Assembly: GCA_048882485.1 (NCBI GenBank)
Contig: JBHLRP010000006.1
Location: forward strand, 32,001 to 96,000
DNA length: 64,000 nt
From: Candidatus Thorarchaeota archaeon
GTDB taxonomy: Archaea; Asgardarchaeota; Thorarchaeia; Thorarchaeales; Thorarchaeaceae
Direction: 5' to 3'
Shown here: positions 1 to 9,276 of the stretch, one piece after another
Numbering within the stretch: the stretch's first letter is position 1
How the letters are laid out: each line of letters starts with the position of its first letter
Notes under the pieces: generated by a model
What the model was told of the DNA's origin: nothing
Database searches by the model: none
What the model saw: the letters and a program-made list of their open reading frames with translations, nothing else
Translations under genes and position numbers: made by a program

Positions 1-777
1 ATAACCAGAAAGGGACAAGTAACAGTCATGATTCATAGCGGCTCAAGGGGACTGGGTCATCAGGTATGCAGTGATTACATCAAGACTATGACGCAGGCCA
101 TGGTGAAATACAACATACAAGTCCCAGACAGAGAGCTCTGCAGTGCGCCTACAACATCTCCGGAGGGACAAGCGTACCTCGGTGCAATGAGTGCAGCTGC
201 CAACTTTGCATGGGCCAATCGACAGACCATGATGCACTGGACACGTGAAGTCTTCACAAAGATCATGGGACAGTCGGCAGAGGACATGGAGATGAGGCTG
301 ATTTATGATGTTGCTCATAACATGGGAAAGGTAGAGGAGCATGATATCGAAGGGCAGAGAAGAAAGGTTGTTGTGCATCGAAAAGGCGCAACTCGTGCAT
401 TCCCCGCAGAGCATCCAGAAACTCCATCTGAATATAGTAGCATAGGACAGCCCGTCCTGATTCCAGGCACAATGGGAACGGCATCCTATATCCTTGTAGG
501 GAACCCAAAGGGCATGGAGCTGACATTTGGCTCAACAGCCCATGGAGCAGGCCGTTTTATGAGTAGAAGTCGAGCCAAGAAGCAGTTCTACGGCAAGGAG
601 ATTCAAAGCAGTCTTGCACAAGAGGGCATCATCGTGAAGGCTGCAAAGGGAATTGTGATTGCAGAAGAAGCTCCAGGCGCCTACAAAGATGTAGATGAAG
701 TTGTAAGGGTTTCTGACTCAGTCGGAATCGCTACCAAGGCTGTGAGACTTCGTCCCATTGGCGTCATCAAGGGCTAG
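1..777 (+). CDS. rtcB: RtcB tRNA-splicing/RNA ligase, C-terminal part (5' truncated by window edge)
   Basis: Motifs IHSGSRGLGHQVC, YDVAHN, HRKGATRAF, PGTMGT, STAHGAGR, EEAPGAYKD; frame is open back to base 1. Confidence 0.97.
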   Translation: MTRKGQVTVMIHSGSRGLGHQVCSDYIKTMTQAMVKYNIQVPDRELCSAPTTSPEGQAYLGAMSAAANFAWANRQTMMHWTREVFTKIMGQSAEDMEMRLIYDVAHNMGKVEEHDIEGQRRKVVVHRKGATRAFPAEHPETPSEYSSIGQPVLIPGTMGTASYILVGNPKGMELTFGSTAHGAGRFMSRSRAKKQFYGKEIQSSLAQEGIIVKAAKGIVIAEEAPGAYKDVDEVVRVSDSVGIATKAVRLRPIGVIKG

Positions 778-1704
778 GCCTTTACTACGCTCTTTTGAGG
801 CAATATCCAGTAAGACTAATGCGATTCCAATTAGAATCACACCAAAGCCAATCATAGTGAGCCCGGTTGGAATTTCGCCAAGAAAAATCACTGCGAGTAG
901 CGTAGCACCAATCGGCTCGCCTAGTACTGCAGAGGATACCACGTAGGCGGGCACCAAAGTGAGCAGATAGTTGTTTACTGAGTGTCCTAGCGCGGTTGGA
1001 AAGATGGCAAGGGCCAGAAATATGATGACTTCACGCGGGTCAAAGACAAGAACATTCAGGCCCAGTGCCAAGCAAAACGGCAGAGTGACAACTGCTGCGG
1101 ATAGATAAACAACCGAAGTGTACACCGTGATGGGCAATCCTTCAGCATACCTCCTTCCACCTATGAAGTAAACTGCTAGAAAGAAAGCACTAAGCAACGC
1201 AAGAGCATCACCAGTAAGCGCACCAAATCCTTCGGATATGAGGTCATTCCAGGCAAGAAGAATTGCGCCTCCCACTGCCACCAGAACTCCTGCCCATGAT
1301 TTCCTTCTCAGCGATTCACCGAGAACTAGTGTGGAAAAGATAGCTGTGAAAATTGGTGAGGTGTTCACAAGGACTACACTTGCGGCAACGGTTGTCATGA
1401 ATAGAGATGTAAACCAAGTAGAGAAGTGAAAAGAAAGGACAATGCCGATGGCTGCCAACCAAAACCAAGTTGTCTTGAGTTTCGATCCCCGAAATGCTTT
1501 GAGGTCCCCTCTGACTGCTCCGACACTTGCCATGATTATTGAGCCATAGAGTGTTCTCCAAAAGACGATTACCAAGGGAGGAGAGAGAATTGGATTGGTG
1601 AATCTGATTAGTATGCTTGCGCTCGAAACCATTGAAACAGCAAGAATCAGGAGCAGAACAGTGCGTGAATTGATGCCTGACTCAATCCTTGGCTGCTCAA
1701 TCAT
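718..1704 (-). CDS. EamA/DMT family transporter
   Basis: About 10 hydrophobic segments in two repeats, TSPIFT..LGE and LGEPIGA..LGE motifs; 3' end overlaps rtcB by 60 nt. Confidence 0.9.
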   Translation of the reverse strand: MIEQPRIESGINSRTVLLLILAVSMVSSASILIRFTNPILSPPLVIVFWRTLYGSIIMASVGAVRGDLKAFRGSKLKTTWFWLAAIGIVLSFHFSTWFTSLFMTTVAASVVLVNTSPIFTAIFSTLVLGESLRRKSWAGVLVAVGGAILLAWNDLISEGFGALTGDALALLSAFFLAVYFIGGRRYAEGLPITVYTSVVYLSAAVVTLPFCLALGLNVLVFDPREVIIFLALAIFPTALGHSVNNYLLTLVPAYVVSSAVLGEPIGATLLAVIFLGEIPTGLTMIGFGVILIGIALVLLDIASKERSKGLALDDANGTKSHSLGSDSD

Positions 1705-1717
1705 CTCAAAATCACAC

Positions 1718-2206
1718 TCAGGTTGTCATCGAGTTGCACGAAACACAGCGAAGTTGGTCCTTGGAAGCTTCAACGACCTGAGACTCACAAATGGGACAGT
1801 CATCAACAATGAGGTTAGCATAGTCAATTCTGTCCAGCACTTGCGTCACGTCATCGATATCCAGATAATTGAAGAGCGCCTTGCCTGGTGCTCCTTCTAC
1901 CATTTTTGATAGGCGACCGGATGTGGAGTCAAAGAACAGAAGGATTGGCTTTGATAGCTCAATTGCCAACATAATCTCCATTCCAACACCATGTGAAGGA
2001 CTTGAAACTTCTGCGACAAGAAAATCGCAGGCACGCACATTGCGAACGTCGCGTTCATAGATTTCTCCTGCATTTGCAGGAGGGTAGAATTGAGGGGCAA
2101 AGACCTCAACGCCTTTCTCTTCCAGCAGGTCAATGACAACTCTGTAGAAATCATCACGCCTATCTTCAGAATGGATTATCGGACCAGATAGATATGCCAA
2201 GGTCAT
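1718..2206 (-). CDS. Nucleoside 2-deoxyribosyltransferase/RCL-like N-glycosidase with C-terminal zinc ribbon
   Basis: AYLSGPI, IYERDV..V..CDFLVAEVS.PSHGVGMEI motifs; CPIC...CVSC at the C-terminus. Confidence 0.85.
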   Translation of the reverse strand: MTLAYLSGPIIHSEDRRDDFYRVVIDLLEEKGVEVFAPQFYPPANAGEIYERDVRNVRACDFLVAEVSSPSHGVGMEIMLAIELSKPILLFFDSTSGRLSKMVEGAPGKALFNYLDIDDVTQVLDRIDYANLIVDDCPICESQVVEASKDQLRCVSCNSMTT

Positions 2207-2237
2207 CTTTGACTTCACCACAATCCACAATTGCGAC

Positions 2238-2597
2238 CTATTCGCTTATCTCATCAGTCGGCGGCCTTTTTCTTAGTTCTGAAATGGATGGAAGGGACTC
2301 ATCGTCTTCTATGATTTCAAACCGTCCAGAGTGTCCAAGTGAGAGCTGCATCTTGCCCTGCCACTCCTTAGCCCAGCCGTCGGTGATTTTGATGACCAAT
2401 CCGGCAGAAAGCGCGGCGCCTTGACCAAAGCCCCATAGACTTAGAATAGTGGTTCCTGTATGGTCAGCCACAAGGACCTCAGTGAGCTGCGTCTTGCGAC
2501 CTCCTCGTGCTCGAACAATGCGGGGAGGTGCAACTGAAACTACCCGCACAATTAGATCAGATACATTCTTTCCTATCTCGACTTCATTCAATTTCAA
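2238..2597 (-). CDS. Single OB-fold ssDNA-binding protein (SSB/RPA-like)
   Basis: VADHTGT..LSLWG and I.DGWAKEWQGKMQLSLG OB-fold pattern. Confidence 0.85.
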   Translation of the reverse strand: MKLNEVEIGKNVSDLIVRVVSVAPPRIVRARGGRKTQLTEVLVADHTGTTILSLWGFGQGAALSAGLVIKITDGWAKEWQGKMQLSLGHSGRFEIIEDDESLPSISELRKRPPTDEISE

Positions 2598-2701
2598 ATA
2601 GTACTACCTCGCAGTGACCAGAGTGAGTGGAACGCATTACAAGATGGATATACAGTAGCAGTTGAGTCTTGCGATAGTCGTACTCAAATGAATAACAGGT
2701 G

Positions 2702-4453
2702 CTATTGGTCAGATTTGTCGGACTCATCATCTGTGGTGATGCCTAGAATGGCATCAATCTCATGAATGGCATCCAGATCCACTGAACCCATCTCATCAGA
2801 TTCATCATCATCTCGCCTTGAACGTTCAGAAACCCCCAGAAACATGGCCAATTCCCTCTTCGAGTCCTCGTCAAGGTCCTTCTCGACCTCTCCTTCTTCA
2901 CCATTGGGAGGAAGAACTTCATCGTGAGAGAAGGCTTCTAGCGCCGTATCAAGCTCTTCTTTTGACACTTTCTCAATCTCAGCACTGATTAGCTCGTCAG
3001 CCTCCAAAGCGTCAAAGATAAGGTCGATTGCCATTTGGCGCCCATTGTCCTCAGCAACAACCACTTCCTCTTTAGATGGCTCATCAGCAGCAAATTCGAT
3101 GTCCACCTGATTAGCTGCTTCCGAGATTGGTTCGCCCTCAATTTCCACGATTTCGATTTCTTCCTCGGGCAGCTCAACTGGCTCTTCAGGAATCTCTTCT
3201 TCCTCAACCACTTCAGTTGTGACGTCATCAGTTTCCTCAACTTTAAGGACTTTCAGAGTTTCCACTTCTGCAGGTTCGACTTCGACTATCCCTTCTGCCT
3301 CTGGTTCTTCCTGTTCAGCACTTTCATCTTGTAGGGCTTCAATTGGCTCGATTTCTGGAGGTTCAGCCTCCTGAGATGGTGCTTCATCAATCTCCTCAAC
3401 AACTTCTTCGATTATCTCGTAATCCTCTATATCCTCTATTACATGACCATCTTCGTCGACCAGAATCTCCTCAATTACCTCCACTTCCTCGTAGTCCTCA
3501 TCCTCTTCCTGCAAACGCGCAGCCCTTGCCTCCACTTCGGCGATGGCATCCTCAGTTGCTTCGTCTGCAAATCTAAGAAGTTGTCTCGCTGGTAGGTCAG
3601 GTAGGGCGACGCCAACATATGTTGCGGCAGCATTCATGAGAATCCGTAGCATCTCATCGCGTCTGCTCTTATCTATGGCCACCATTGGATAAGTAGGAAC
3701 TCCGAGAATTTTCTGCACAACTTCAGGTTTCATCACATTGGGCTTGTCCTGTTTGTTCGCGATTGCAAACAGAGGCACTTTGGGAGCGTCCCTTCTAATC
3801 AGTTTTAGAATATCCTTGCTAATGATAACATTACGAAGAGATGAGTCACAGACCAAGAAAATCACATCGGCACCGTGGAAGTAGAAACGCCATAGTTTTC
3901 TGAAGCGTTCCTGACCTGCGAAATCCCACAAAACCAGAGAATAGTTCCCAAAATGGATATTCTCCACTGTTTCCAGATTTAGAGCGATTGTTGGCACATA
4001 CTGGGTTGGCGGTGTATCTCCCAGAAGAAGATGTAGAGTGGTTGTTTTCCCGACACCTCCCTCACCCACCAAAGCTATCTTGAGTTTGGTAATTATCGAT
4101 GACTCAATAACAAATTCGTATTCATTTATCATAGTCTGTAACCCAGACTGAAGTATGCGACTCTTGATGGCCGTCGCTCCATCTCGCAGCTTATCAGCAA
4201 TCGCTCGTTCATCCTCTTGCGCATCTGTAACATAGACCAGCAAGAGGTCCTCGACTACCTCAATCGCCATGTACTTGTTGTCATCAATTACAAGTGGTAG
4301 CTCCGTGAAACTATCGGGAGAAGATTCCTTAATCTCACTTCTTGTCCCTAGAAACTCACGAATTTCGCCTTCTGGAACATCGATTGGCCAGTACTTTGAA
4401 CTTGCTAGAATCTGGCTTGTGGATATGCGTATCAGGTAGGTCTTGATGATCAA
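2702..4453 (-). CDS. Arf-like small GTPase with N-terminal longin/roadblock-like domain and long acidic C-terminal tail
   Basis: G1 GEGGVGKTT, G2 YVPTI, G3 WDFAGQERFRKLW, G4 NKQD; C-terminal half strongly E/D rich. Confidence 0.88.
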   Translation of the reverse strand: MIIKTYLIRISTSQILASSKYWPIDVPEGEIREFLGTRSEIKESSPDSFTELPLVIDDNKYMAIEVVEDLLLVYVTDAQEDERAIADKLRDGATAIKSRILQSGLQTMINEYEFVIESSIITKLKIALVGEGGVGKTTTLHLLLGDTPPTQYVPTIALNLETVENIHFGNYSLVLWDFAGQERFRKLWRFYFHGADVIFLVCDSSLRNVIISKDILKLIRRDAPKVPLFAIANKQDKPNVMKPEVVQKILGVPTYPMVAIDKSRRDEMLRILMNAAATYVGVALPDLPARQLLRFADEATEDAIAEVEARAARLQEEDEDYEEVEVIEEILVDEDGHVIEDIEDYEIIEEVVEEIDEAPSQEAEPPEIEPIEALQDESAEQEEPEAEGIVEVEPAEVETLKVLKVEETDDVTTEVVEEEEIPEEPVELPEEEIEIVEIEGEPISEAANQVDIEFAADEPSKEEVVVAEDNGRQMAIDLIFDALEADELISAEIEKVSKEELDTALEAFSHDEVLPPNGEEGEVEKDLDEDSKRELAMFLGVSERSRRDDDESDEMGSVDLDAIHEIDAILGITTDDESDKSDQ

Positions 4454-4610
4454 CTAGGTTTCACCATCTAATTGGCAAATCATGATATATTTCCGGTACT
4501 AAGTCTAGGTTTGAATGCTATTTTAAAGCATTCACGGTCAACCCTTCGTATTGGGCAATGCATTGACTTATACACGATTCTAAGGTGGCATAAGCAAATA
4601 GATTATGTTA

Positions 4611-4815
4611 GGACGCAGAGGCTCGCCAGGCGATCCTCCGCATCCGTCGGGCCTTCAGGCCGAACGCACGCGAAAATTCTCTTTGCGCAAGTATTGTTTG
4701 CAAGGGGATTCATCCTCTTGAAGCGTATGCTCCAAGAGTCCAATGCTAGAACTCGTAAGGGACCGTGTGTTGTGAATGCGAGTTCTTTTGACGGGGAAGT
4801 CGTGCGTTCCGCGAC
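4611..4815. ncRNA. Candidate structured intergenic RNA (unidentified)
   Basis: Nested stems: GAACGCACG(4662-4670)/CGTGCGTTC(4801-4809), AGAACTCGTA/TGCGAGTTCT, CAAGGGGA/TCCTCTTG, GGCC-TTCA-GGCC, and a hairpin at 4611-4645. Confidence 0.4.
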
Positions 4816-5001
4816 AAAGGCAGCCTACACCATAGAGTGCAGACCAATCGACACTTTGATGATGCAACATAAGAAGCTTTCTGGTTTCCGAAATAACGAA
4901 AAGACGGTTCATAGACGGTTAGTGGCCCCAAAAAAGGGCTCCTTTGGTAGAACAGCATATACTGTCGGCTATAAGGCACGAAACGGATTAGGAGCCTCCA
5001 T

Positions 5002-6141
5002 CTATCGCGGAAAGTTATCCCTCAGAAGTCGAAGGTGGTGATGAACCATCTCCATCGCCTTTGTATCATCAGGAGTTTTCTCCAGCTCAGTGACCAATGT
5101 CTGGAGGAAGTATTCAGGGAAGAAGAGCCTCACACGAATATCATTGAGAAGGAACAGCCATTTGTCATATTCACCAGATGCTCCCTTTCGTCTTCGTTCT
5201 GAAACCACTCTATACTTCTTCAATGTCTGAATAGCCTGCTTTAGTTCCTTCGGAGGAATGCCCAGGGTGGCTTCGAGCTCCGAGATGTTTACGGGTCTAC
5301 GTCTGAGCTCATTTAGAGTGTCATAGCAGTCTGGATCTGCAAGAATAGATGCCACTGATACTGTATCCTCCGGTGTCTTCTGCCATTCTGTGAGGAACTC
5401 AAGCACCTCTGACTTGTATTCTGCAGTGAGCTCAGGATCAAGCACAGATCCTGCAGATTCCATTGCCAGCAATGGAGGAGCACGAAACACCTCAAGGTCT
5501 TTTATCATGAATACACAGGTTCTGCCGATTTCATCGACCCATTCACTCTTTACAAGACCTAACTCTTCGAATGGAGCGATGATTGAATCGACTGACACAC
5601 TAGGTAGACCAGTAACCATCTTGAGCCATTCCTCAAGATCCTCTTTGGAGATGCCTCCCTTCCATAGTTTTGGAAATACTGCTCGTGAAATCTCATCTGA
5701 AAAGAGACGGGCTAGTCTGGATTCATCAGTCATGCCAGCGAGTCTAATAATTCGTCTGTATGTGTTGTCGAGCTCTGTCTTGAGCTCTGCATCTGTCATC
5801 GCCACGACTGCATTCGTCAGCGGTGATACGATGGAGGTGATTGCAGCCTCATAGATCTTGGGATCTTCAGAGGGCGTAAGAAGCAAACTGATGCAGTATT
5901 GCTCCTCTTCTCTCACAATCCCAGTGTAATAGGAGGCGACATTGTACTCTTCTCCTCCAATGCGAACACTGAGGGATGAGAAACCAGCTGTGGCGTCACC
6001 CATAGCGTGCGAGGTAAAAATCCTCATGATCTCGGTGTTCAAGTCTTCTCGGTAATAGTCCGCGAAGTCGGCTGGAACCTTGGCTTTCAGCACTGCGCCG
6101 ATTTTGCTGTCCCAGTCGATCAAGAGCATGGCAACGGGCAT
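5002..6141 (-). CDS. Asgard-type longin/uDENN-like protein with C-terminal winged-helix
   Basis: N-terminal LLIDWDSKIGAVLKAKVP resembles the uDENN/longin first strands; C-terminal ISELEATLGIPPKELKQAIQTLKKYRVV is HTH-like. Confidence 0.55.
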   Translation of the reverse strand: MPVAMLLIDWDSKIGAVLKAKVPADFADYYREDLNTEIMRIFTSHAMGDATAGFSSLSVRIGGEEYNVASYYTGIVREEEQYCISLLLTPSEDPKIYEAAITSIVSPLTNAVVAMTDAELKTELDNTYRRIIRLAGMTDESRLARLFSDEISRAVFPKLWKGGISKEDLEEWLKMVTGLPSVSVDSIIAPFEELGLVKSEWVDEIGRTCVFMIKDLEVFRAPPLLAMESAGSVLDPELTAEYKSEVLEFLTEWQKTPEDTVSVASILADPDCYDTLNELRRRPVNISELEATLGIPPKELKQAIQTLKKYRVVSERRRKGASGEYDKWLFLLNDIRVRLFFPEYFLQTLVTELEKTPDDTKAMEMVHHHLRLLRDNFPR

Positions 6142-6276
6142 TTTTCTATCTCCGGTCCCTGTATAGACTGGTCAATTGGAGCTAGTCTGAGACGTTCAGC
6201 GGTGAGTACCTAAAAAAGCTTGTCACTAGACGCTCCGCATAACGCTCTGGGGCTCCCTTTTGGAGCCATTTGGAAC

Positions 6277-6939
6277 TCAAGTTTTGCCATTTTTCTGCTC
6301 TCGAATGTACTCGGTGATATGATAATGTACCTCGGCGGTCACAAGCTCTATTGATCTTCTTGCGTCTATGAAAATGAAATTGCCCATGTCCTCCTCAATC
6401 ATCTCAAGGTATGCCTTTCGAACCCTGACCAAGCGGTCATATTGCTCAAACTGCACATTGAGCCGGCCCTTTCTTTCACTGACTCTTTTCAGACCGATTT
6501 CAATTGGGACATCAAGTATGAACACGATGTCCGGTTCTGGAGCCGATATCTCCTCTCGATTCCGCTTCAAGATGTCCTTCCAATATAATCCAGTGCTTGC
6601 GGACTGATAGGCTCCTGTTGCAAAGAAATACCTGTCCATGAGGATAATTTTCCCTGAGTCTAGAGCCGGTAGAATACGATTTTGGACATGCCACTCTCTA
6701 TCCCGAATAAACAACTCTAGCTCTTCTTCTGGGGTTAGTTCACCCTTGATAGAACGAGCACGAATCTCTTGACCCCAATCGCTCTCATCTGTTGGCTCTC
6801 TTAGCCTCTTGACATCATAGCCTTCGTCAATCATTACATCAACTAATCGGTCACATACAGCTGTTTTTCCAGCACCATCTATACCCTCCAGGACAAAGAG
6901 CATTCCTTTCACAGCTGAGATTTCTCCTACGTCATGCAT
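6277..6939 (-). CDS. tmk: Thymidylate kinase
   Basis: FVLEGIDGAGKT P-loop, LREPT, IILMDRY, AYQ, PEPDIVFILDV. Confidence 0.95.
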   Translation of the reverse strand: MHDVGEISAVKGMLFVLEGIDGAGKTAVCDRLVDVMIDEGYDVKRLREPTDESDWGQEIRARSIKGELTPEEELELFIRDREWHVQNRILPALDSGKIILMDRYFFATGAYQSASTGLYWKDILKRNREEISAPEPDIVFILDVPIEIGLKRVSERKGRLNVQFEQYDRLVRVRKAYLEMIEEDMGNFIFIDARRSIELVTAEVHYHITEYIREQKNGKT

Positions 6940-7084
6940 TAGAGTTCCGGACTCATTACAGTATTAGATGCTTCGGTCATGTAATGTATCCAGACAACAC
7001 CTTCTACTCACCTGTGAGTAGCTTCCTATCGCCATACAATGTTTATTAGGAACATGAATCAGTATTCACGTGAGGACCAAAGGG

Positions 7085-7290
7085 GATCTCAAGGTATTCT
7101 CTCGACGTGGACACTCGAGGTGAGAAATCGGTAGGGCATCCCCCTCCCATGTAACAAACTGCGATAGCGACTTGCGTCCAACCGCGTTCGTTCGTTCTTT
7201 GGGTCCCCTTTATAGGGGGGCCAAGGTCCCCTTGCAGAGTTCTCATGCCCCCGATTCGCTATTCCGAGTGTCCTCGACCCCGTTCGGATC
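7085..7290 (+). ncRNA. Candidate structured RNA upstream of the DUF4430/ECF operon (unidentified)
   Basis: GGACACTCG(7109-7117)/CGAGTGTCC(7265-7273), AATCGG..GGGCAT/ATGCCC-CCGATT, CTGCGA/TTGCAG, TTGG-TCCCCT/AGGGGG-CCAA; mismatches read as G-U pairs on the + strand. Confidence 0.5.
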
Positions 7291-7326
7291 TAGAGTAAAT
7301 CAGCAATGTTTATTACATAATTATCG

Positions 7327-7348
7327 TAGGATAGGTTAACCTATCCTA
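7327..7348. promoter_or_regulatory. Perfect 22-bp palindrome, candidate repressor operator
   Basis: TAGGATAGGTTAACCTATCCTA between an AT-rich TATA-like tract (about 7308-7322) and the start at 7363. Confidence 0.65.
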
Positions 7349-7362
7349 GGGATTGAGCAAGC

Positions 7363-7881
7363 TTGAACCGTCTGAAAATACTGATGCTTGTAATTGCATT
7401 AATTTTGATTCCAGTTGACGCTTCAAGCCACAGTGTAGCCACCTCGCACAATCTTAGACCAAATGCCAGTGGCGTGTCACTGCACATCGACTACGGTAAT
7501 GGGACCACATCAACATATACCGAAGTTGAAGGGCAAACTGTTCTTAATATCACCGAATCCGTGGCAATAGTTGGGGTGGACTGGACCGGCAATCTTGCCT
7601 TTGTATATTCCATCAATGGAGTGTCAAGCAAGGAAGAAACAGGACTCTGGTGGCAGTTCTGGGTCAATGGTGAATTCTCTTCAGTTGCTGCTAACCTCTA
7701 CGAAGTTCAGGACAATGATACGATAGTCTGGCGATTCACAGATTCCCAAGTGGAACCTCCATCAACCACACCGACCGATGGCCTTGAGCAGTATGCACCA
7801 CTCGCTGTTGCGTCCGCCGGACTTGGATCTTTGGGAATAGGTTTCTTGGTAGCGCTCTACCTAATGAGAAGAAGGAACTGA
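7363..7881 (+). CDS. DUF4430 (transcobalamin C-terminal-like) membrane-anchored protein
   Basis: Signal peptide, IDYGNG, FVYSINGV, WWQFWVNG..SSVAA..Y.VQDNDTIVWRF, C-terminal TM helix plus RRRN. Confidence 0.8.
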   Translation: MNRLKILMLVIALILIPVDASSHSVATSHNLRPNASGVSLHIDYGNGTTSTYTEVEGQTVLNITESVAIVGVDWTGNLAFVYSINGVSSKEETGLWWQFWVNGEFSSVAANLYEVQDNDTIVWRFTDSQVEPPSTTPTDGLEQYAPLAVASAGLGSLGIGFLVALYLMRRRN

Positions 7882-8636
7882 TGACAGATATGAAGAAACA
7901 TGCCATTCCATTCGTTCTTATTGCGCTCTTCTTCATTGCGCCAGCCGCAGGAGGCCCAACTGATTATAGTCCAAATCTCATGCCAAGGGATTCTGTTCCC
8001 ACTAGAATCACTTGGAATGTGATAGAAGCTCCTGAAGTGGCGTTTTCCCTGTGGTTCTCAGGGACTGAGAATTGGCTGGCTCAGGAAGGTAGTCAGATGA
8101 CGTTCAATATAACCGGTATCAATGGCGACGTAGAAGGGCAATTGGAACTTGGAAATGTGACCTTGACAGCAAATGACACAGACATAGCCAAGGATCTAAC
8201 TCTGGGCGTGTGGGGTCTCACTCCCTGGCATCCAGGCCTAGTAGTGAAAATTGGAGATAGCAACCTTGTGAGTCTGAACCAGACCGCATTCGCTGCTGCC
8301 GAGAGAGTTGCGGGCAACTATCTTAATGGTACAATGGTGTCATCCTTTGAACCGGTGGAGTCCAATGGAGCACTTTATGATTGTATCGTCTTCGAGTATG
8401 AACAAGACCCTACCGGATTTGGCGAACCACAAATGACCTCTCTTGCCTATGATACTGAAACGGGAGTTCTTGTAAAAGCTAACACTAGTTACTCGTTTGG
8501 GATTCCTTATACTCTGATTCTTGAGCTTGAAGGAATTCATATACCCACAGTAGACCCAGTTTTGCTCTGGGTGGGAGTAGCGATTGCTGGAGTGGTCCTA
8601 ATTATGGTTGCCGTTGCTATTAGAACCAGAAAATAG
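7881..8636 (+). CDS. Secreted/membrane-anchored hypothetical protein
   Basis: Signal peptide, beta-rich body (YDTETGVLVKA), C-terminal TM helix; translationally coupled to the upstream gene. Confidence 0.75.
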   Translation: MTDMKKHAIPFVLIALFFIAPAAGGPTDYSPNLMPRDSVPTRITWNVIEAPEVAFSLWFSGTENWLAQEGSQMTFNITGINGDVEGQLELGNVTLTANDTDIAKDLTLGVWGLTPWHPGLVVKIGDSNLVSLNQTAFAAAERVAGNYLNGTMVSSFEPVESNGALYDCIVFEYEQDPTGFGEPQMTSLAYDTETGVLVKANTSYSFGIPYTLILELEGIHIPTVDPVLLWVGVAIAGVVLIMVAVAIRTRK

Positions 8637-8653
8637 ATTGGAGTTGTGTAGAA

Positions 8654-9253
8654 TTGCAGTTGGAGATCAATCGGCAGGTTTCGATAACACGAAGCCGCCA
8701 GGTCGCCATAACTGCAATCATGACTGCGCTCGCGCTTGTGGGCAACTATGTCTTTGTTGCTATACCCAATGTAGAACTCGGGTCAGGGATTCTCTTTGTG
8801 ACCGCGTATCTCTTTGGATTTCAGACTGGTGCCTCATGCGCAGTGCTAATGGCGATTATTTTTGGATCCATTAATCCTTGGGGAGGGCTCATTCCTCAAA
8901 TCTGGATAACACAAGTAATCGGCTGGGTGTATATAACAGCCGCTGGTGCACTCATGGGGCGAAACAGAAGTGGTATTAGGCACTCCATTAGAGAGATTTG
9001 GCTACTTGGCTTTACAGGGGCATTCCTGACGTTCTTCTTTGATATGCTCACTAATCTTGGATATTCATGGGCATTTGGCATTCCCTATTGGCTTGCTATT
9101 GTTTCAGGATTGCCTTTCATGGCTGTTCATGTAGCATCAAATGCCATAATCTTTGGAGCTGTGACTCCCCGGCTGGACATTATTGTCCGGAGTCAATTTT
9201 CGTCACTAATATGGAATACTGAAGCAGAAATTTCGGGTCTGAGCGAAGAGTAA
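8654..9253 (+). CDS. ECF transporter substrate-binding S component
   Basis: AIMTALALVG..F.AIPNVE motif, about 6 TM helices, HVASNAIIF. Confidence 0.82.
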   Translation: MQLEINRQVSITRSRQVAITAIMTALALVGNYVFVAIPNVELGSGILFVTAYLFGFQTGASCAVLMAIIFGSINPWGGLIPQIWITQVIGWVYITAAGALMGRNRSGIRHSIREIWLLGFTGAFLTFFFDMLTNLGYSWAFGIPYWLAIVSGLPFMAVHVASNAIIFGAVTPRLDIIVRSQFSSLIWNTEAEISGLSEE

Positions 9254-9276
9254 AAAGTGAGCCTGGATAGAAGAAT

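Noticed and set aside
718-777. 60-nt convergent overlap of rtcB and the DMT gene (similar overlap at 32982-33038)
   Set aside because: Short tail-to-tail overlaps are common in compact archaeal genomes
4472-5041. 189-aa + strand ORF in the intergenic gap
   Set aside because: No recognisable motifs, Arg/Lys-rich atypical composition, overlaps the 3' end of the opposite gene; region is better explained as non-coding structure
6251-6267. GGCTCC-CTTTT-GGAGCC hairpin downstream of tmk, with a similar word near 4936
   Set aside because: Short hairpin, possibly a terminator, but too little evidence to call a repeat family
7085-7290. SRP RNA, RNase P RNA or cobalamin riboswitch identity for the structured element
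   Set aside because: No SRP helix-8 motif, no RNase P GAGGAA.GUCC/P4 motif, and only a vague resemblance to the B12 box
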